From a virus (taxonomy: Duplodnaviria > Caudoviricetes): 56,429 bases of DNA. Shown piece by piece: positions 35,612-46,318 of this stretch (the stretch's first letter is position 1; every line of letters starts with the position of its first letter). Location: IMG/VR virus record IMGVR_UViG_3300020438_003800, positions 1 through 56,429 of that record, one strand, 5' to 3'. Both the position numbers and the translations under genes were made by a program. The notes below the pieces were generated by a model. The model ran no database searches. It saw only the letters and a program-made list of their open reading frames with translations, and was not told the DNA's origin.

Positions 35612-38600
35612 TTATGCATTGAACTTGTAATTTGCGAATAAGATAAATGTTTCTTGCTGTCTATCTTTAGCACTAGATACAATATACCTGTCAATATCAT
35701 AATTTATCATTTTTGCATCAAAATTTGCTGCTTTTAAGTTTCTAATTATATCTGCAGAATATCCTGGCTTACAATAGCACAACGGAATTGCAGGTATATA
35801 GTCTAATTCTTGTAGTCCTTCTTGCGGAGTTCTCATCCATAAAGGTAAGTAACTTCTTTTTGTTTTACCTATTTCTTTTATATTGTTTCTTATGTTATCT
35901 AAATTACTTATGTAACGAAGGTCGTCTTTTCGTTGACTTACGAGTACAGCATCACTATCGACTTTTATAGTATTAGCATTAGATGGCATCATTTTGTATG
36001 GTTCTGCATCGGTAAGTTGAAGTGTAATTGTTGCTTCGTCCCCTACCTCAAGATCAATTTCAAAATTTTGATCGTCAACGTCTATAGTTACATCGTTATT
36101 TTGTCTAGTATCTACTACAATTGTTTCATTATCAATTTGTATAAATTTTACTGTTTCTCTGCCATATACTGGTAAGGTATTATAACCTTGATCAGTACGC
36201 ATACTATCATCTGTTGCATTTCTAGTCATAGAATCTACTGTAATGCTATTTGTATTGTTTATTCTAAATGAATTAGCTGTGTTACCTTTTGTAGGATTTG
36301 CTGGATCTAATACAGGAATATACACTACTTCGTATACTACGTCATTTGTGCCTTCATTTTTTGCTATAGCAGATTGTAAACCTCCTAAATTGTAGGTCTT
36401 ACGTTTGTGATTTTTAGCTGCCGCTCCAACAAAATTTTTAATATCAACAGACTCAATCCCGGAATACACTAATAGTTTCAATTCTCGTTGCACACCAAAT
36501 TCGTTATCTTGGGGTCTGTAAATTTTGTCAGGCTCAAATATTTCCGAATTACTTGTAAAATTTTGTAAGTAGGAACGTTCGGTTTGCGACAACATTGGCT
36601 TCATATAGATTTTACTATATTCCACATTATCGTTATCTGATACAATAATTGTAAATTCTCTTTCTAATGAAGCGTAGTTGAATCTATCTCTCGTTTGTAC
36701 TACAAATTTAAATTCTCTATCAAATGACGTTTCACCAGGAAGGATGCCGTCCCATGTAATTGTTTTATTTTCAAATGTCGTTAATCCTAGTTGATCCCCT
36801 TTTGCATATTGATTAGGAACTCCGATTAATTCGCCATCATAAGTCAGTCGCATGCCATAAGGCAATTTACCACTAGATACAACGTATACCATTTTTGTAT
36901 CAGGCACTGTACTTTCTGCCCGTATTGACTTTGTACTAGGAACGTTTGCATTTAAAGTACCTAAATTAGAATCAGTTATCCATTTTATGTTACTTTCAAT
37001 TTCACCAATTGTTTTAAGATTAAATGTTTTAATGCTACTAGGAATATCAACTTCGTCCCTTGCACTTGTTACAATATTTTTACTAAAGGAATCATTTTTA
37101 AATAGTGCTATTCCTATATTTCTTCCGTTATTAAGTTGTGTTTGTAAATTTATATCAAGTTGTATTCTATCTTGATTGTCACGGATTAAATCAATTCTAA
37201 AATCACTACTGTCTTGTCCTTTAAAAAACTGACTTATATTTTGCTTTATTCTAGTTGTACTTGTGCTAGGTAATTTAATATTCCAGATGGTGTCTTCTTT
37301 TACACTTATATATACAGGTCCGCCATACGCTCTAACAATTGCTTGTTTAGTTGCTTCTAGTCTTTCGTTTAATGGTAATGTATCTAATGATTCTGAAACT
37401 TGTGTCCAATTTGCATTAACAAATTCTATTTGTTGGTTACCGTTTGCATCAAGTACAAAGTTATTACTTTCATCTAATAAAGGAGTAGTAGTGTGTGATG
37501 TTAATGCTTTATACACAAAGTTGTTGCCGCCAACGTCATCAGTGTAAACAATATAGTCATCTACCAAATAGCTTACGCCAATTTCTACACCACTAGGTGC
37601 TGAATAAGGAAAGATTGGATCGTTTTGCGGTGTAACTTGTACAACATCATATTCTATATACGGAACAATTGATGTTATATTATATTTTTCTGTCTCTGAA
37701 AAGTTTAGTGTTCTATTAAGATATTTTTCTTTTGCTTTTAAATCTAAAGTATTAACAAACATAAAGTCTTGCCCACTCGGCGCTGTTTGAGAAACTTGTA
37801 ATGTTATTTCAGGAGCAAGAGTCTGATCTACAAAAATAATTTCATAATCATCGTTTGAATTATCAACGTTTATAACTTTATATAATGTGTCACCGAGTAA
37901 AATTTCTCTATTTCTTAATTCTAATACATCATTGACATTATCAATATTTCCTGTCAAGTCGGTTTTATATATTTTGAACTGATTTTTTCCTAAAATTACA
38001 TCTTCATAATAAGTACCAAATATTTCCACAGTTTCTAAATCAAATGTAAGTCTAGTAGCTCTTACTGTAAACTTATGATCTTTTACTACTGAAGGTTGGT
38101 AAGGTAAGTAACCTGTAATATTTCCTGTTTCGTAGTCCAGTGTTAGTCCGTCTGGCAATTTACTTTTACTGTTATCAGTATTAATCCCTTCAAGGGTATA
38201 TCTAACAATACCTTCTAGTTGCGGAGTGTCAATAGTTTGTATAGGTAAAATTATAAAGTTATCAGCCCTTTTAAAGCCTAAGTCACTAGGAGTTAAAAAT
38301 GTAGGTGTTCTAACATTTGTGTTGTCTGCTGTAAATACACCGTTGCCTGAACTCATAAGTGTGTTATCAGACTTTAAATAATCATCACCTACTAGGTATA
38401 TTGTAAACTCTCTTTTAGTAAAACTATCACCATCTGTAACTGTTACTGCAAAAGAATAGTATCGATTTAATTTCTTTGGTTGATTAGTTGCTATTGAATA
38501 ATCAAAATCATATGTATCGTAATAAAAACTGTCAAAGCCTGAACTGGATACTGCGGCAAAATCTAAAGGTAAGTCACCGTATGGCTGATCGTCGTAACCT

Positions 38601-39139
38601 CCAGCTTCGGTCCTTGGATCTAATGATAGTAACGCTTCGGTAACTCCTTGCAACCTACCATCTTCGGACAATGTAATTCCCGGAGGTAATGTGCCGTCAC
38701 CGTCTGCGATAAAGTAACTTATTTCATCCCCTGCTGAAATATCTGGATCTTCTGCTAGAAGTTGATAGTCAATAATAGCATTGTCAAGTATAAAAAGTTG
38801 ATTGCCTCGTCCTACTGGCAACATGCCCTCAGGTGTTATCCAATTAGGTGAATCTGGGCCGCTAACAATTATTTCAAAAGTTCTATCTTCAAATATAACT
38901 CCTGAGTATGCACGAATTGTAAACTTAAAAGAAGTATCAAGTAATACCTCAAATGCAGTGCCAGTTATATAATTATTTTCTAATCTTGTTCCGTTAGGCA
39001 GTTTTCCAGATATTAATTCTGTGCTTACGTCTGTAAAATAAGATACTAGAGGCAACGCAATGTTTACTTGCGTTCTTTCAATTAATGTTTGTATTTTGTA
39101 TCCAGTACCTACGCTCCAAATACTGCCAGGGTTCGCCAT
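35612..39139 (-). CDS. Baseplate wedge-like protein with several putative Ig (He_PIG-like) domains
   Basis: Repeats of G-x-LP-x-G-x-x-L...G-x-I-x-G...F-x-F-T-I/V-R-A; C-terminal LPLWMRTPQ...IDRYIV. Confidence 0.7.
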   Translation of the reverse strand: MANPGSIWSVGTGYKIQTLIERTQVNIALPLVSYFTDVSTELISGKLPNGTRLENNYITGTAFEVLLDTSFKFTIRAYSGVIFEDRTFEIIVSGPDSPNWITPEGMLPVGRGNQLFILDNAIIDYQLLAEDPDISAGDEISYFIADGDGTLPPGITLSEDGRLQGVTEALLSLDPRTEAGGYDDQPYGDLPLDFAAVSSSGFDSFYYDTYDFDYSIATNQPKKLNRYYSFAVTVTDGDSFTKREFTIYLVGDDYLKSDNTLMSSGNGVFTADNTNVRTPTFLTPSDLGFKRADNFIILPIQTIDTPQLEGIVRYTLEGINTDNSKSKLPDGLTLDYETGNITGYLPYQPSVVKDHKFTVRATRLTFDLETVEIFGTYYEDVILGKNQFKIYKTDLTGNIDNVNDVLELRNREILLGDTLYKVINVDNSNDDYEIIFVDQTLAPEITLQVSQTAPSGQDFMFVNTLDLKAKEKYLNRTLNFSETEKYNITSIVPYIEYDVVQVTPQNDPIFPYSAPSGVEIGVSYLVDDYIVYTDDVGGNNFVYKALTSHTTTPLLDESNNFVLDANGNQQIEFVNANWTQVSESLDTLPLNERLEATKQAIVRAYGGPVYISVKEDTIWNIKLPSTSTTRIKQNISQFFKGQDSSDFRIDLIRDNQDRIQLDINLQTQLNNGRNIGIALFKNDSFSKNIVTSARDEVDIPSSIKTFNLKTIGEIESNIKWITDSNLGTLNANVPSTKSIRAESTVPDTKMVYVVSSGKLPYGMRLTYDGELIGVPNQYAKGDQLGLTTFENKTITWDGILPGETSFDREFKFVVQTRDRFNYASLEREFTIIVSDNDNVEYSKIYMKPMLSQTERSYLQNFTSNSEIFEPDKIYRPQDNEFGVQRELKLLVYSGIESVDIKNFVGAAAKNHKRKTYNLGGLQSAIAKNEGTNDVVYEVVYIPVLDPANPTKGNTANSFRINNTNSITVDSMTRNATDDSMRTDQGYNTLPVYGRETVKFIQIDNETIVVDTRQNNDVTIDVDDQNFEIDLEVGDEATITLQLTDAEPYKMMPSNANTIKVDSDAVLVSQRKDDLRYISNLDNIRNNIKEIGKTKRSYLPLWMRTPQEGLQELDYIPAIPLCYCKPGYSADIIRNLKAANFDAKMINYDIDRYIVSSAKDRQQETFILFANYKFNA

Positions 39140-39161
39140 ATTGTATTCCTTTTAGATACAG

Positions 39162-39169
39162 TATTTATC
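39162..39169 (-). promoter_or_regulatory. Late-type promoter GATAAATA
   Basis: Intergenic; SD AAGGA downstream. Confidence 0.65.
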
Positions 39170-39174
39170 GGAAG

Positions 39175-39894
39175 TTATACTACAATACTACCTAAGTCAA
39201 TGTTTCGTGTTTCTGGAACTATTATAGTACCCATATCAACATCTACATCATCTAACATAAACTCTATAATACTAGTTACTGTTCTACCTACATCTCCAAA
39301 GTCAAAGTAATTATCAAATAATGGCGCAATAGTTGCAGGATCCATTCCATTTATTAATCCTGTAACATTACCTGTAAGATTACCTACAACATTATTCACC
39401 CGCAAAGTGTTAACATTGATAATGTCTTTATTATTAGAATCTAAGTTTACACTTAGGGTAGGATCTGTTTCACTTATTAAGCCAATAGGACCAGTATATG
39501 TAATATAAGCAACGTTGTTCTCAACATATGTATCTAGTCCATTAGCACCATGTAATGTTAATTTTTGTCCTTGTACCGCAGATATTTCTCCGGACTCTGT
39601 TTGTATTGTAATTTCAGTAATCGAGTTAGTATCAGAATCTATGATAACATTCCCTGCTGTGTCTGTTGTGACAGCAATATTTCTTCCAGCTAGAATACTT
39701 TTTAATTGTATATCATGATTAACAATCTGATCAAACAATCCAATACCTTCGCCTATATTAGATACTGTAGTTTTTTCGTTATCACGTAAATCTAGTTCTT
39801 CAAAATTATTGTTTACTTTTACAAATGCTTCTCGAAGATCATCTCCTGTGCCGTCATTTGCAATATTTCCTATATTAATTAAATTAATAGCCAT
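39175..39894 (-). CDS. Baseplate/fibre connector with T4 gp9/gp10-like N-terminus
   Basis: INIGNIANDGTGDDLREAFVKVNNNF. Confidence 0.7.
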   Translation of the reverse strand: MAINLINIGNIANDGTGDDLREAFVKVNNNFEELDLRDNEKTTVSNIGEGIGLFDQIVNHDIQLKSILAGRNIAVTTDTAGNVIIDSDTNSITEITIQTESGEISAVQGQKLTLHGANGLDTYVENNVAYITYTGPIGLISETDPTLSVNLDSNNKDIINVNTLRVNNVVGNLTGNVTGLINGMDPATIAPLFDNYFDFGDVGRTVTSIIEFMLDDVDVDMGTIIVPETRNIDLGSIVV

Positions 39895-39905
39895 TTAAAT
39901 CTCCG

Positions 39906-42900
39906 TTACGTAACCGTTATAGTATTATGCATACCGTTGTGAATTTGACATTGATACCAAAATGTACCGGAACTACCTATAGTCCATTGAAGTGTACCTG
40001 TACCTTGTCCTACAACGCCCGATGCTTGACTTCCTGTTCCTGCAACCTGTGCTGTTTTAATGTAAAATGGGTGCGCTGATGCTGTACCTGCGTCTACATT
40101 AAACTGTACCTTATCAGCATTATTATATGCTAACGTTGGTTGTGGACTATTATTAAATGTTCCGTTACGGTCTGTTCCACTAAAGTAGTAATTGTTTCCA
40201 GCATTTGTAACTGTAATTGAATAGTCAGGCGTAAACGTTGGTGCCTGTGAAGTATCATTTACTGTGATTGAAGTTGACGCTGATGGTCCTCCTGTAAGTG
40301 ATACTACCATAAATTCATCACCTTCGGTATTAGTATCTTCATCTAATGTGAAGCTTATAACATCTGTAGTATCTGTTACAAAGTTTCCAGTCATTGTACC
40401 TGCACTTAAATCACCTTCAGTAATACCTGTTACTATATAACCTATTGTTGTACCACTTGAAACACCTGTTGTGGATAGTGTAACAGTTACAGTACCGCCT
40501 TCGTTAACACTAAGTGCGCTAGGAGTAAGTGTGTATGTTGGTGCTAAACTTGTGTCATTAATTTGTATAGCAATTGCATCACCACTAGGCAGTGTCAACG
40601 TCATTGTTTCAGTACCTTCAGTAGTTAAGTCATCAGCAAGCGTAAATGCTAAACTTGCTGTGTTACTAGTAATTGTAAAGTTTCCTGTCAAATCTCCTGA
40701 ACTTAGATCGCTTGAATTAATGCCAGTTATAGTATACGGCACTGTTTCGTCGTCTGCTAAGTTTGTAGTAGTTAAGTTAACTGTAACTGTGTCACCTTCG
40801 TTAATATTCTGCGAACTTGCTGAAAGTGTAAAGGTAACAGTTGGTGTAAAACTTGTATCTTTAATTACAACTGAAATACTATCTAGTCCACCATCTAGTG
40901 TTAAAATAAATGTTTCGTCGCCTTCTGTTGTTAGGTCACTTGACACAGTAAACACTTGACTTGCTGTATTACCACTAACAACAAAATTACCCTGCATTGG
41001 TACTGCATTTATATCAGCAGTATCAACACCTGTAATTGTATACGGAATTGAACTTGTATCGGCTACATTGAGCGTAGAAAGTGTAATTGTAAAGTTGCCG
41101 CCTTCGTTAACTTCAAGTGTGCTTGTAGAAAGGTTATATGCTTGTCCGCCTGCTTGACTTGTGTCAGCAATATCAACACTTACACTTGCTTCGCCATTTT
41201 GCAAACCTAATACTAGTGTTTCTAATCCTTCAGTAACAGCATCTTCTGAAATTCTAAGAATTAACGAAGCTGTATTACTTTGCACAGTAAAGTTACCGCT
41301 TAGACTCTCCCCTCCAATATCAGCTGTACTTACACCCGATATTAAGTAAGGTATGTTTGTACCATCGTCTACATACTCTGTAGTTAATGTTATAGTTAAA
41401 TCATTACCTTCGCTTACAGTTGGTACATTAGAAGCTAGTGCATATGTTTGTGTTACAGCTACACTTGTGTCATTTATAGCTACGTCAACACTTTCGGCAT
41501 AGTCATTTAATGTTAGTCTAAGTGTTTCTGGTCCTTCAGTAAGAAAGTCATTTGCAATAGTCAACGATAGACTTGCACTATTAAGCAATACTGTAAAGTT
41601 GCCTGTCAAACTTTCTCCGCTTATGTCTGCACTATTTACACCTGTAATTGTATATCCTACTTGTGTAGCATCTGGAACATTTGAAGTTGTTAGTGTAATT
41701 GTAATAGCACTACCTTCGTTAGTGCTTACTGGTGCGCTAAGTGTATAACTAGGAGCAAGTGATGTTGAGCCTTCAACTTGACCTAATATCATTTGTGAAG
41801 GACTATTAAATTTGTTGTATGCATACTTATTTGCACTACCTTTTATGCTTCTTGAATCAGCATAATCGTCGTCTAATCCAGTGTCATAAATTTTACCACT
41901 AGGTGCATTACTAGTAATATAAGTCTTCATTTCTGCAGGGGTTACTTCTGGATTAATTTGTGCAAACAATGCAGCTGTGCCAGCTACTTGTGGTGACGCC
42001 ATACTAGTACCGCTTATGTTAGTTTGTTTAAAACTAGTATTAGATTCATAATCAGCAGAACCTGATCCCCATTTGTTTATTGTGCTTGTTCCTGCCATTA
42101 CATTTGTACCTGGTGCATAAACTGTAACTCCTGGACCAGATTCAGAACTTGATGCTTTTTGTTCTACTCCAGTGGAGTGTATACTGCTGTCTATATTACC
42201 TACTACAATAGCATTATCGCTCGCTGGGCTTCCGCCTCTGTTATAGTAAACTTGCCCAGATCCTGTTGTAAAATAATTATTATAATCTACACCTGTTGTT
42301 GGATCTATTCTTTGATACGAATTGCCTGCAGCTGTACAAACTATAACGCCTGCATCAATAAGCTCTTCCATATCTACATCAACAGATGCTACACGCTTTC
42401 CAAAAGTGTATCCAAAGCCGTTGAATCTACCTATCATACCATAATCAGCTCTACGTGCTGTTCCTGACCATCCTATGCCTCTATAGTTGCCGCCTGTAAT
42501 ACCTGAAAAGTACCCAAAGTATCCCCAGCTCATATTAACAATAGTAGGACGTTTTACTCCTGTAGCAGGATTGATAGGCTTTGATTTGTGCCATTCTTTA
42601 ATAACGTCAAAACAATCTGATACTGGCATGCCAGTGCCGGCATCTCCGCTACCTTCTAATCCGTTTACTTTGATTGCATATATCTCTGCACCTTTTGCCC
42701 AGCCATGTAAAATTCCAGCTGCTGTTGATGCAACATGTGTTCCGTGTCCGTCAAGGTCTCTATAAAAAAGTGCGTTTTGTGTTCCTGATAGCCCGCTGGA
42801 TGTATACCAATCAATTTGTTTTACTCTAGACGTAGTTGTACCAGCAACATAAAATTCTGGATGATCAACTTGTATTCCCGAGTCTTGTATAACAATGTCA

Positions 42901-43307
42901 ACTCCGGTACCATCAAGAGTATGATCGTAACCGCCTGTTACATTATTTCCAATGTAAGGATTTACGATGCTATTCATTCTACGCAATCCCCAGTTTATGT
43001 AATCTCCAGTATCTAATGAAGTTTTAGTAAAGTTGCCTGATTGTGTTGTCATGGCTTCCATATAGATATCATCACGTAATTCTGGCTTTAGTTCTACAGC
43101 AAAGACTCTTGAATCATTCTGCAATAACGCTGCTTCGTTGTCAGTTAAATTATAATGTGTATTTCTTTGTGAGCCCGGTCTTGCATTTGCTATTCCTACT
43201 GCTCGTTGAGGAATATCGCCAGCGCCTGTAGATGAAATCATTTCTTTATTAAAACGATCATAATCTACATCTCTGTTTAAACTTACAATATATTCTCTTT
43301 CGCTCAT
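39906..43307 (-). CDS. S8 subtilisin-like protease with five Calx-beta/Ig-like repeats and a C-terminal cupredoxin-like domain
   Basis: IQDSG, DGHGTHVA, AAGN, SGTSMASP; HPFYI...YQCQIHNGM. Confidence 0.85.
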   Translation of the reverse strand: MSEREYIVSLNRDVDYDRFNKEMISSTGAGDIPQRAVGIANARPGSQRNTHYNLTDNEAALLQNDSRVFAVELKPELRDDIYMEAMTTQSGNFTKTSLDTGDYINWGLRRMNSIVNPYIGNNVTGGYDHTLDGTGVDIVIQDSGIQVDHPEFYVAGTTTSRVKQIDWYTSSGLSGTQNALFYRDLDGHGTHVASTAAGILHGWAKGAEIYAIKVNGLEGSGDAGTGMPVSDCFDVIKEWHKSKPINPATGVKRPTIVNMSWGYFGYFSGITGGNYRGIGWSGTARRADYGMIGRFNGFGYTFGKRVASVDVDMEELIDAGVIVCTAAGNSYQRIDPTTGVDYNNYFTTGSGQVYYNRGGSPASDNAIVVGNIDSSIHSTGVEQKASSSESGPGVTVYAPGTNVMAGTSTINKWGSGSADYESNTSFKQTNISGTSMASPQVAGTAALFAQINPEVTPAEMKTYITSNAPSGKIYDTGLDDDYADSRSIKGSANKYAYNKFNSPSQMILGQVEGSTSLAPSYTLSAPVSTNEGSAITITLTTSNVPDATQVGYTITGVNSADISGESLTGNFTVLLNSASLSLTIANDFLTEGPETLRLTLNDYAESVDVAINDTSVAVTQTYALASNVPTVSEGNDLTITLTTEYVDDGTNIPYLISGVSTADIGGESLSGNFTVQSNTASLILRISEDAVTEGLETLVLGLQNGEASVSVDIADTSQAGGQAYNLSTSTLEVNEGGNFTITLSTLNVADTSSIPYTITGVDTADINAVPMQGNFVVSGNTASQVFTVSSDLTTEGDETFILTLDGGLDSISVVIKDTSFTPTVTFTLSASSQNINEGDTVTVNLTTTNLADDETVPYTITGINSSDLSSGDLTGNFTITSNTASLAFTLADDLTTEGTETMTLTLPSGDAIAIQINDTSLAPTYTLTPSALSVNEGGTVTVTLSTTGVSSGTTIGYIVTGITEGDLSAGTMTGNFVTDTTDVISFTLDEDTNTEGDEFMVVSLTGGPSASTSITVNDTSQAPTFTPDYSITVTNAGNNYYFSGTDRNGTFNNSPQPTLAYNNADKVQFNVDAGTASAHPFYIKTAQVAGTGSQASGVVGQGTGTLQWTIGSSGTFWYQCQIHNGMHNTITVT
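40250..41756 (-). repeat. Five tandem ~100-aa Ig/Calx-beta-like protein repeats
   Basis: YTL...[VT]NEG...TITL[ST]T...Y-x-I[TS]G...GNF...D-x-x-TEG-x-E...I-x-DTS recurs five times. Confidence 0.85.
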
Positions 43308-43325
43308 TACCTTTTTCCTAAGTTA

Positions 43326-46277
43326 TTACGCTATAGTTGCGTTCTGATTTGCAGTATTTAACCAACCATTTGTAGTGTATAGTAATGTTATATTATCATT
43401 AACATCGCTAAATGTAATTGTTGTTCCAGTTGCTAATGTAGTCGGAGTAACTATTGCATCACCGCCATCTACTATCATTGCAATTATTTTTACTTGTCCT
43501 AGTACACCATCTGCTAGTGTATACGCATCGTCGGTGCCAGTTGTTGTGATTTCAGTTATAAGTGTTTCTAAACTAATGTCACCCGGTCCGCTTATTTGCT
43601 GTACATCAGCTACAATTGTACTCAATGGCCCTACAACAGTTCCAGTAGTTCCGTCAATTATAATACTTGAATCGTCTGCAAAAACACTGCCTTGAAGATC
43701 TGTTTCAATAGTAGATGCTAAACTAAAAGATAATGCAAATGCACTTGCTTCTACATTAATTTGATTAGTTGTGCCTACAGCCGTTAAAACTTCACCTCCG
43801 GAAATATCTACAGTGCCCGTTCCAGTATTACCTGCTGTTGACATTGTAGCAGAAGTTATATATCCTCCGCTTGCATGATTGCCCCAACTAAATGCTGTAT
43901 CCCAATTAGTACTGTCTTGAATATTTGCTTTTGGAATATTATTGTTTACTGCATCAATTAGTACTGTACTGTCGTCACCTACAATACTACCTTTAACATC
44001 ACCAGTAACTCCGGCCTGTGCAATAATTGTATCAGTAAATGGAGAACTAAATGTACGTATTGCATCTGCTGTTAAATTTATACTTGTGTTTGTACCTTGT
44101 GGATTAAGAGTAATACCATTGTTTGCGCCGCTTGCTGTTGTAATTTGTATACTATCATCAGCTGTTATGTTATTTGCAACTAGTGCGGTTGAAAAACTAA
44201 CAGTGCCGTCAATAGTAGTTGTACTACCTGAATTACCAATATTAATTGCTGTTGCTGTTGTTGCACCAATGTCTACTGTTGTTTGATCTATGTTTGCTGC
44301 TAGTGTTCCTGGTGTTGCTGTGTGTGTTAGCTCACCGTTTGCAGGATTGTACATCATTACGTTTGCACTTGCTTGGTTTCTAACTGGTTGTATAACTGTA
44401 CTACTTGCTGTAGTATTTTCTACTGCACTACCAGTTGCGTTGATTACAATTGAGTTTGCGGCCTGGTTAGTTTCACCTGCTTCGTTACCAATTGCTACTG
44501 AGTATTGTCCTTGATTGGTTTTACCTGCTTGATAGCCTACTGCGGTACTATACATGCCTTGGTTAGTTTTACCAGAGGATATACCAACTGCTACTGAACT
44601 TGTACCTTGTCCACTTTCACCTGCACTATCGCCAATTGCTACTGCGGCTGTCCCTTGATTCTCTTTACCTGCTTGAAACCCTACTGCTACTGTTGTATTG
44701 CCTTGATTGGTTTGACCTGCTTCATGACCAAGTGCAATACTAAATTCACTTGTTCTTAAACTTGTTGTATCTACTGCACCAACAATCTTGTTGTTAACAC
44801 CGTCTACAAGTATAGTTGAATCATCACCTGACATAGTACCTGTCATATCACCGTCAAATGTACCTGTGTGCGCACCTGCTGCATTACCAGTTACATCTCC
44901 AACAACTGCGCCGGTGTGTGTACCCTGTGTGTCACCTGTTAGATTACCTGTAAAGGCTGCTTCAACTGTTGCAGCTACTAATGTTTCTGCTCCTAGTGTC
45001 CACTTGTCTGTTGTTTCGTCCCATACAAACGATTTGCTAGGAGATGTTCCTCGATCTATTTCGATACCTGATGTACCTAGTGTAACACCTGCACCTGCTT
45101 CGCCTGCATTTAATGTAATTCTATTATCTTTTATTTCTGTATCAGTTGTTTGTATAGAAGTTGTTGTACCGTTTACAGTAAGATCACCTGTAATTACAAC
45201 ATCGTCTTCAAAGTTTGCTGTACCTGTAACATTTGGCGAAACAATTTTACCAGCTACTCCGTCAATAATAACTGTGCTGTTGTCTGAAACAACAGAACCT
45301 GTTAAATCGCCAGTAAAGCCTCCTGATGCTGATATTCCTGTTGTAACATCGCCTACAAACTGTATTGCATTTGCTTGAAATTTTATTTTGCCATCTGCGC
45401 CTGCAGGTTGTAATAATATTTCTTCTTCTGAACTAGAGCCGTTAGTAACTAATGTAAGTCCACCGTCACCACTTATATTTGATGTTGAATGTACTGTTAA
45501 TCCTGTAGTTCTTGAACCTGTAAGTATTAAGTCTAAATTTACATTTACTGTTGTGATGTCAGCAACACCTGCATTAATCAGTGTAGATGTTGTTGTGTTA
45601 TTGTTTACATCGCCTACTATCTCGCTGTTTACGCCATCAACTAGTAGTGATGAATCGTCTCCAAATACACTTCCTTGTATATCACTATTAAATGCGTCTG
45701 CACTAAACAATGAGGACAAGCTACTGTCAAGATCCGCTGTTCTTAAAAAACCAACATCGTCAGTAAATTCTGAAAGGAAAGTTGGTGCGCCGGCTAGTGC
45801 AGCATAACTAATTACTCCTGCACTGCTATCAAAAACTATAGAACCAGAGTCTGTTACTAAATCACCAATTAGTTGATCAGCAATAACTTTGTTCCATTTT
45901 TTATCAGTAGTGCCTACTTGACCTGTATTTGTTGTATCAGGAATAATATTACTTGTGCTAACTACATCTGCTACCTGTATTGTACCTATTGCTCCTAGTG
46001 GAGCAAATTCTATTCCTGTGCCTGCTGCATTTACCTTTAAGAAAAAACTAGCCGCATTAGCATATGTACTAGGACTATCTTCTAATTCTAATAAATTTAC
46101 AGGATCTACAGTATTACCTCTTACAAGTAATTGTTGTGTACTTATTGTACCAACTGATGTAATGTCTTGTACATTAACAATATTACTATCAGATAGATCT
46201 AAGTCGTCAGTAGATGGCAGTTCCTTAATTTTATTGCCGTCTGTAGTATCAAGTACTAGGGGAAATCTATTTGCCAT
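43326..46277 (-). CDS. Tail fibre/spike protein with GSVFGDDS repeats and a YadA-head-like 16-aa repeat block
   Basis: Gly/Thr-rich; five G[ST]xxxD[DN]S-x-[LIV][LIV][VI]D units; repeats of VA[VI]GxxAGxxNQG. Confidence 0.75.
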   Translation of the reverse strand: MANRFPLVLDTTDGNKIKELPSTDDLDLSDSNIVNVQDITSVGTISTQQLLVRGNTVDPVNLLELEDSPSTYANAASFFLKVNAAGTGIEFAPLGAIGTIQVADVVSTSNIIPDTTNTGQVGTTDKKWNKVIADQLIGDLVTDSGSIVFDSSAGVISYAALAGAPTFLSEFTDDVGFLRTADLDSSLSSLFSADAFNSDIQGSVFGDDSSLLVDGVNSEIVGDVNNNTTTSTLINAGVADITTVNVNLDLILTGSRTTGLTVHSTSNISGDGGLTLVTNGSSSEEEILLQPAGADGKIKFQANAIQFVGDVTTGISASGGFTGDLTGSVVSDNSTVIIDGVAGKIVSPNVTGTANFEDDVVITGDLTVNGTTTSIQTTDTEIKDNRITLNAGEAGAGVTLGTSGIEIDRGTSPSKSFVWDETTDKWTLGAETLVAATVEAAFTGNLTGDTQGTHTGAVVGDVTGNAAGAHTGTFDGDMTGTMSGDDSTILVDGVNNKIVGAVDTTSLRTSEFSIALGHEAGQTNQGNTTVAVGFQAGKENQGTAAVAIGDSAGESGQGTSSVAVGISSGKTNQGMYSTAVGYQAGKTNQGQYSVAIGNEAGETNQAANSIVINATGSAVENTTASSTVIQPVRNQASANVMMYNPANGELTHTATPGTLAANIDQTTVDIGATTATAINIGNSGSTTTIDGTVSFSTALVANNITADDSIQITTASGANNGITLNPQGTNTSINLTADAIRTFSSPFTDTIIAQAGVTGDVKGSIVGDDSTVLIDAVNNNIPKANIQDSTNWDTAFSWGNHASGGYITSATMSTAGNTGTGTVDISGGEVLTAVGTTNQINVEASAFALSFSLASTIETDLQGSVFADDSSIIIDGTTGTVVGPLSTIVADVQQISGPGDISLETLITEITTTGTDDAYTLADGVLGQVKIIAMIVDGGDAIVTPTTLATGTTITFSDVNDNITLLYTTNGWLNTANQNATIA

Positions 46278-46301
46278 TCTTATTAATCCTATTGTTATAC
46301 A

Positions 46302-46309
46302 TATTTATC
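46302..46309 (-). promoter_or_regulatory. Late-type promoter GATAAATA
   Basis: Intergenic; AGGA downstream. Confidence 0.65.
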
Positions 46310-46318
46310 GTAATCAAC

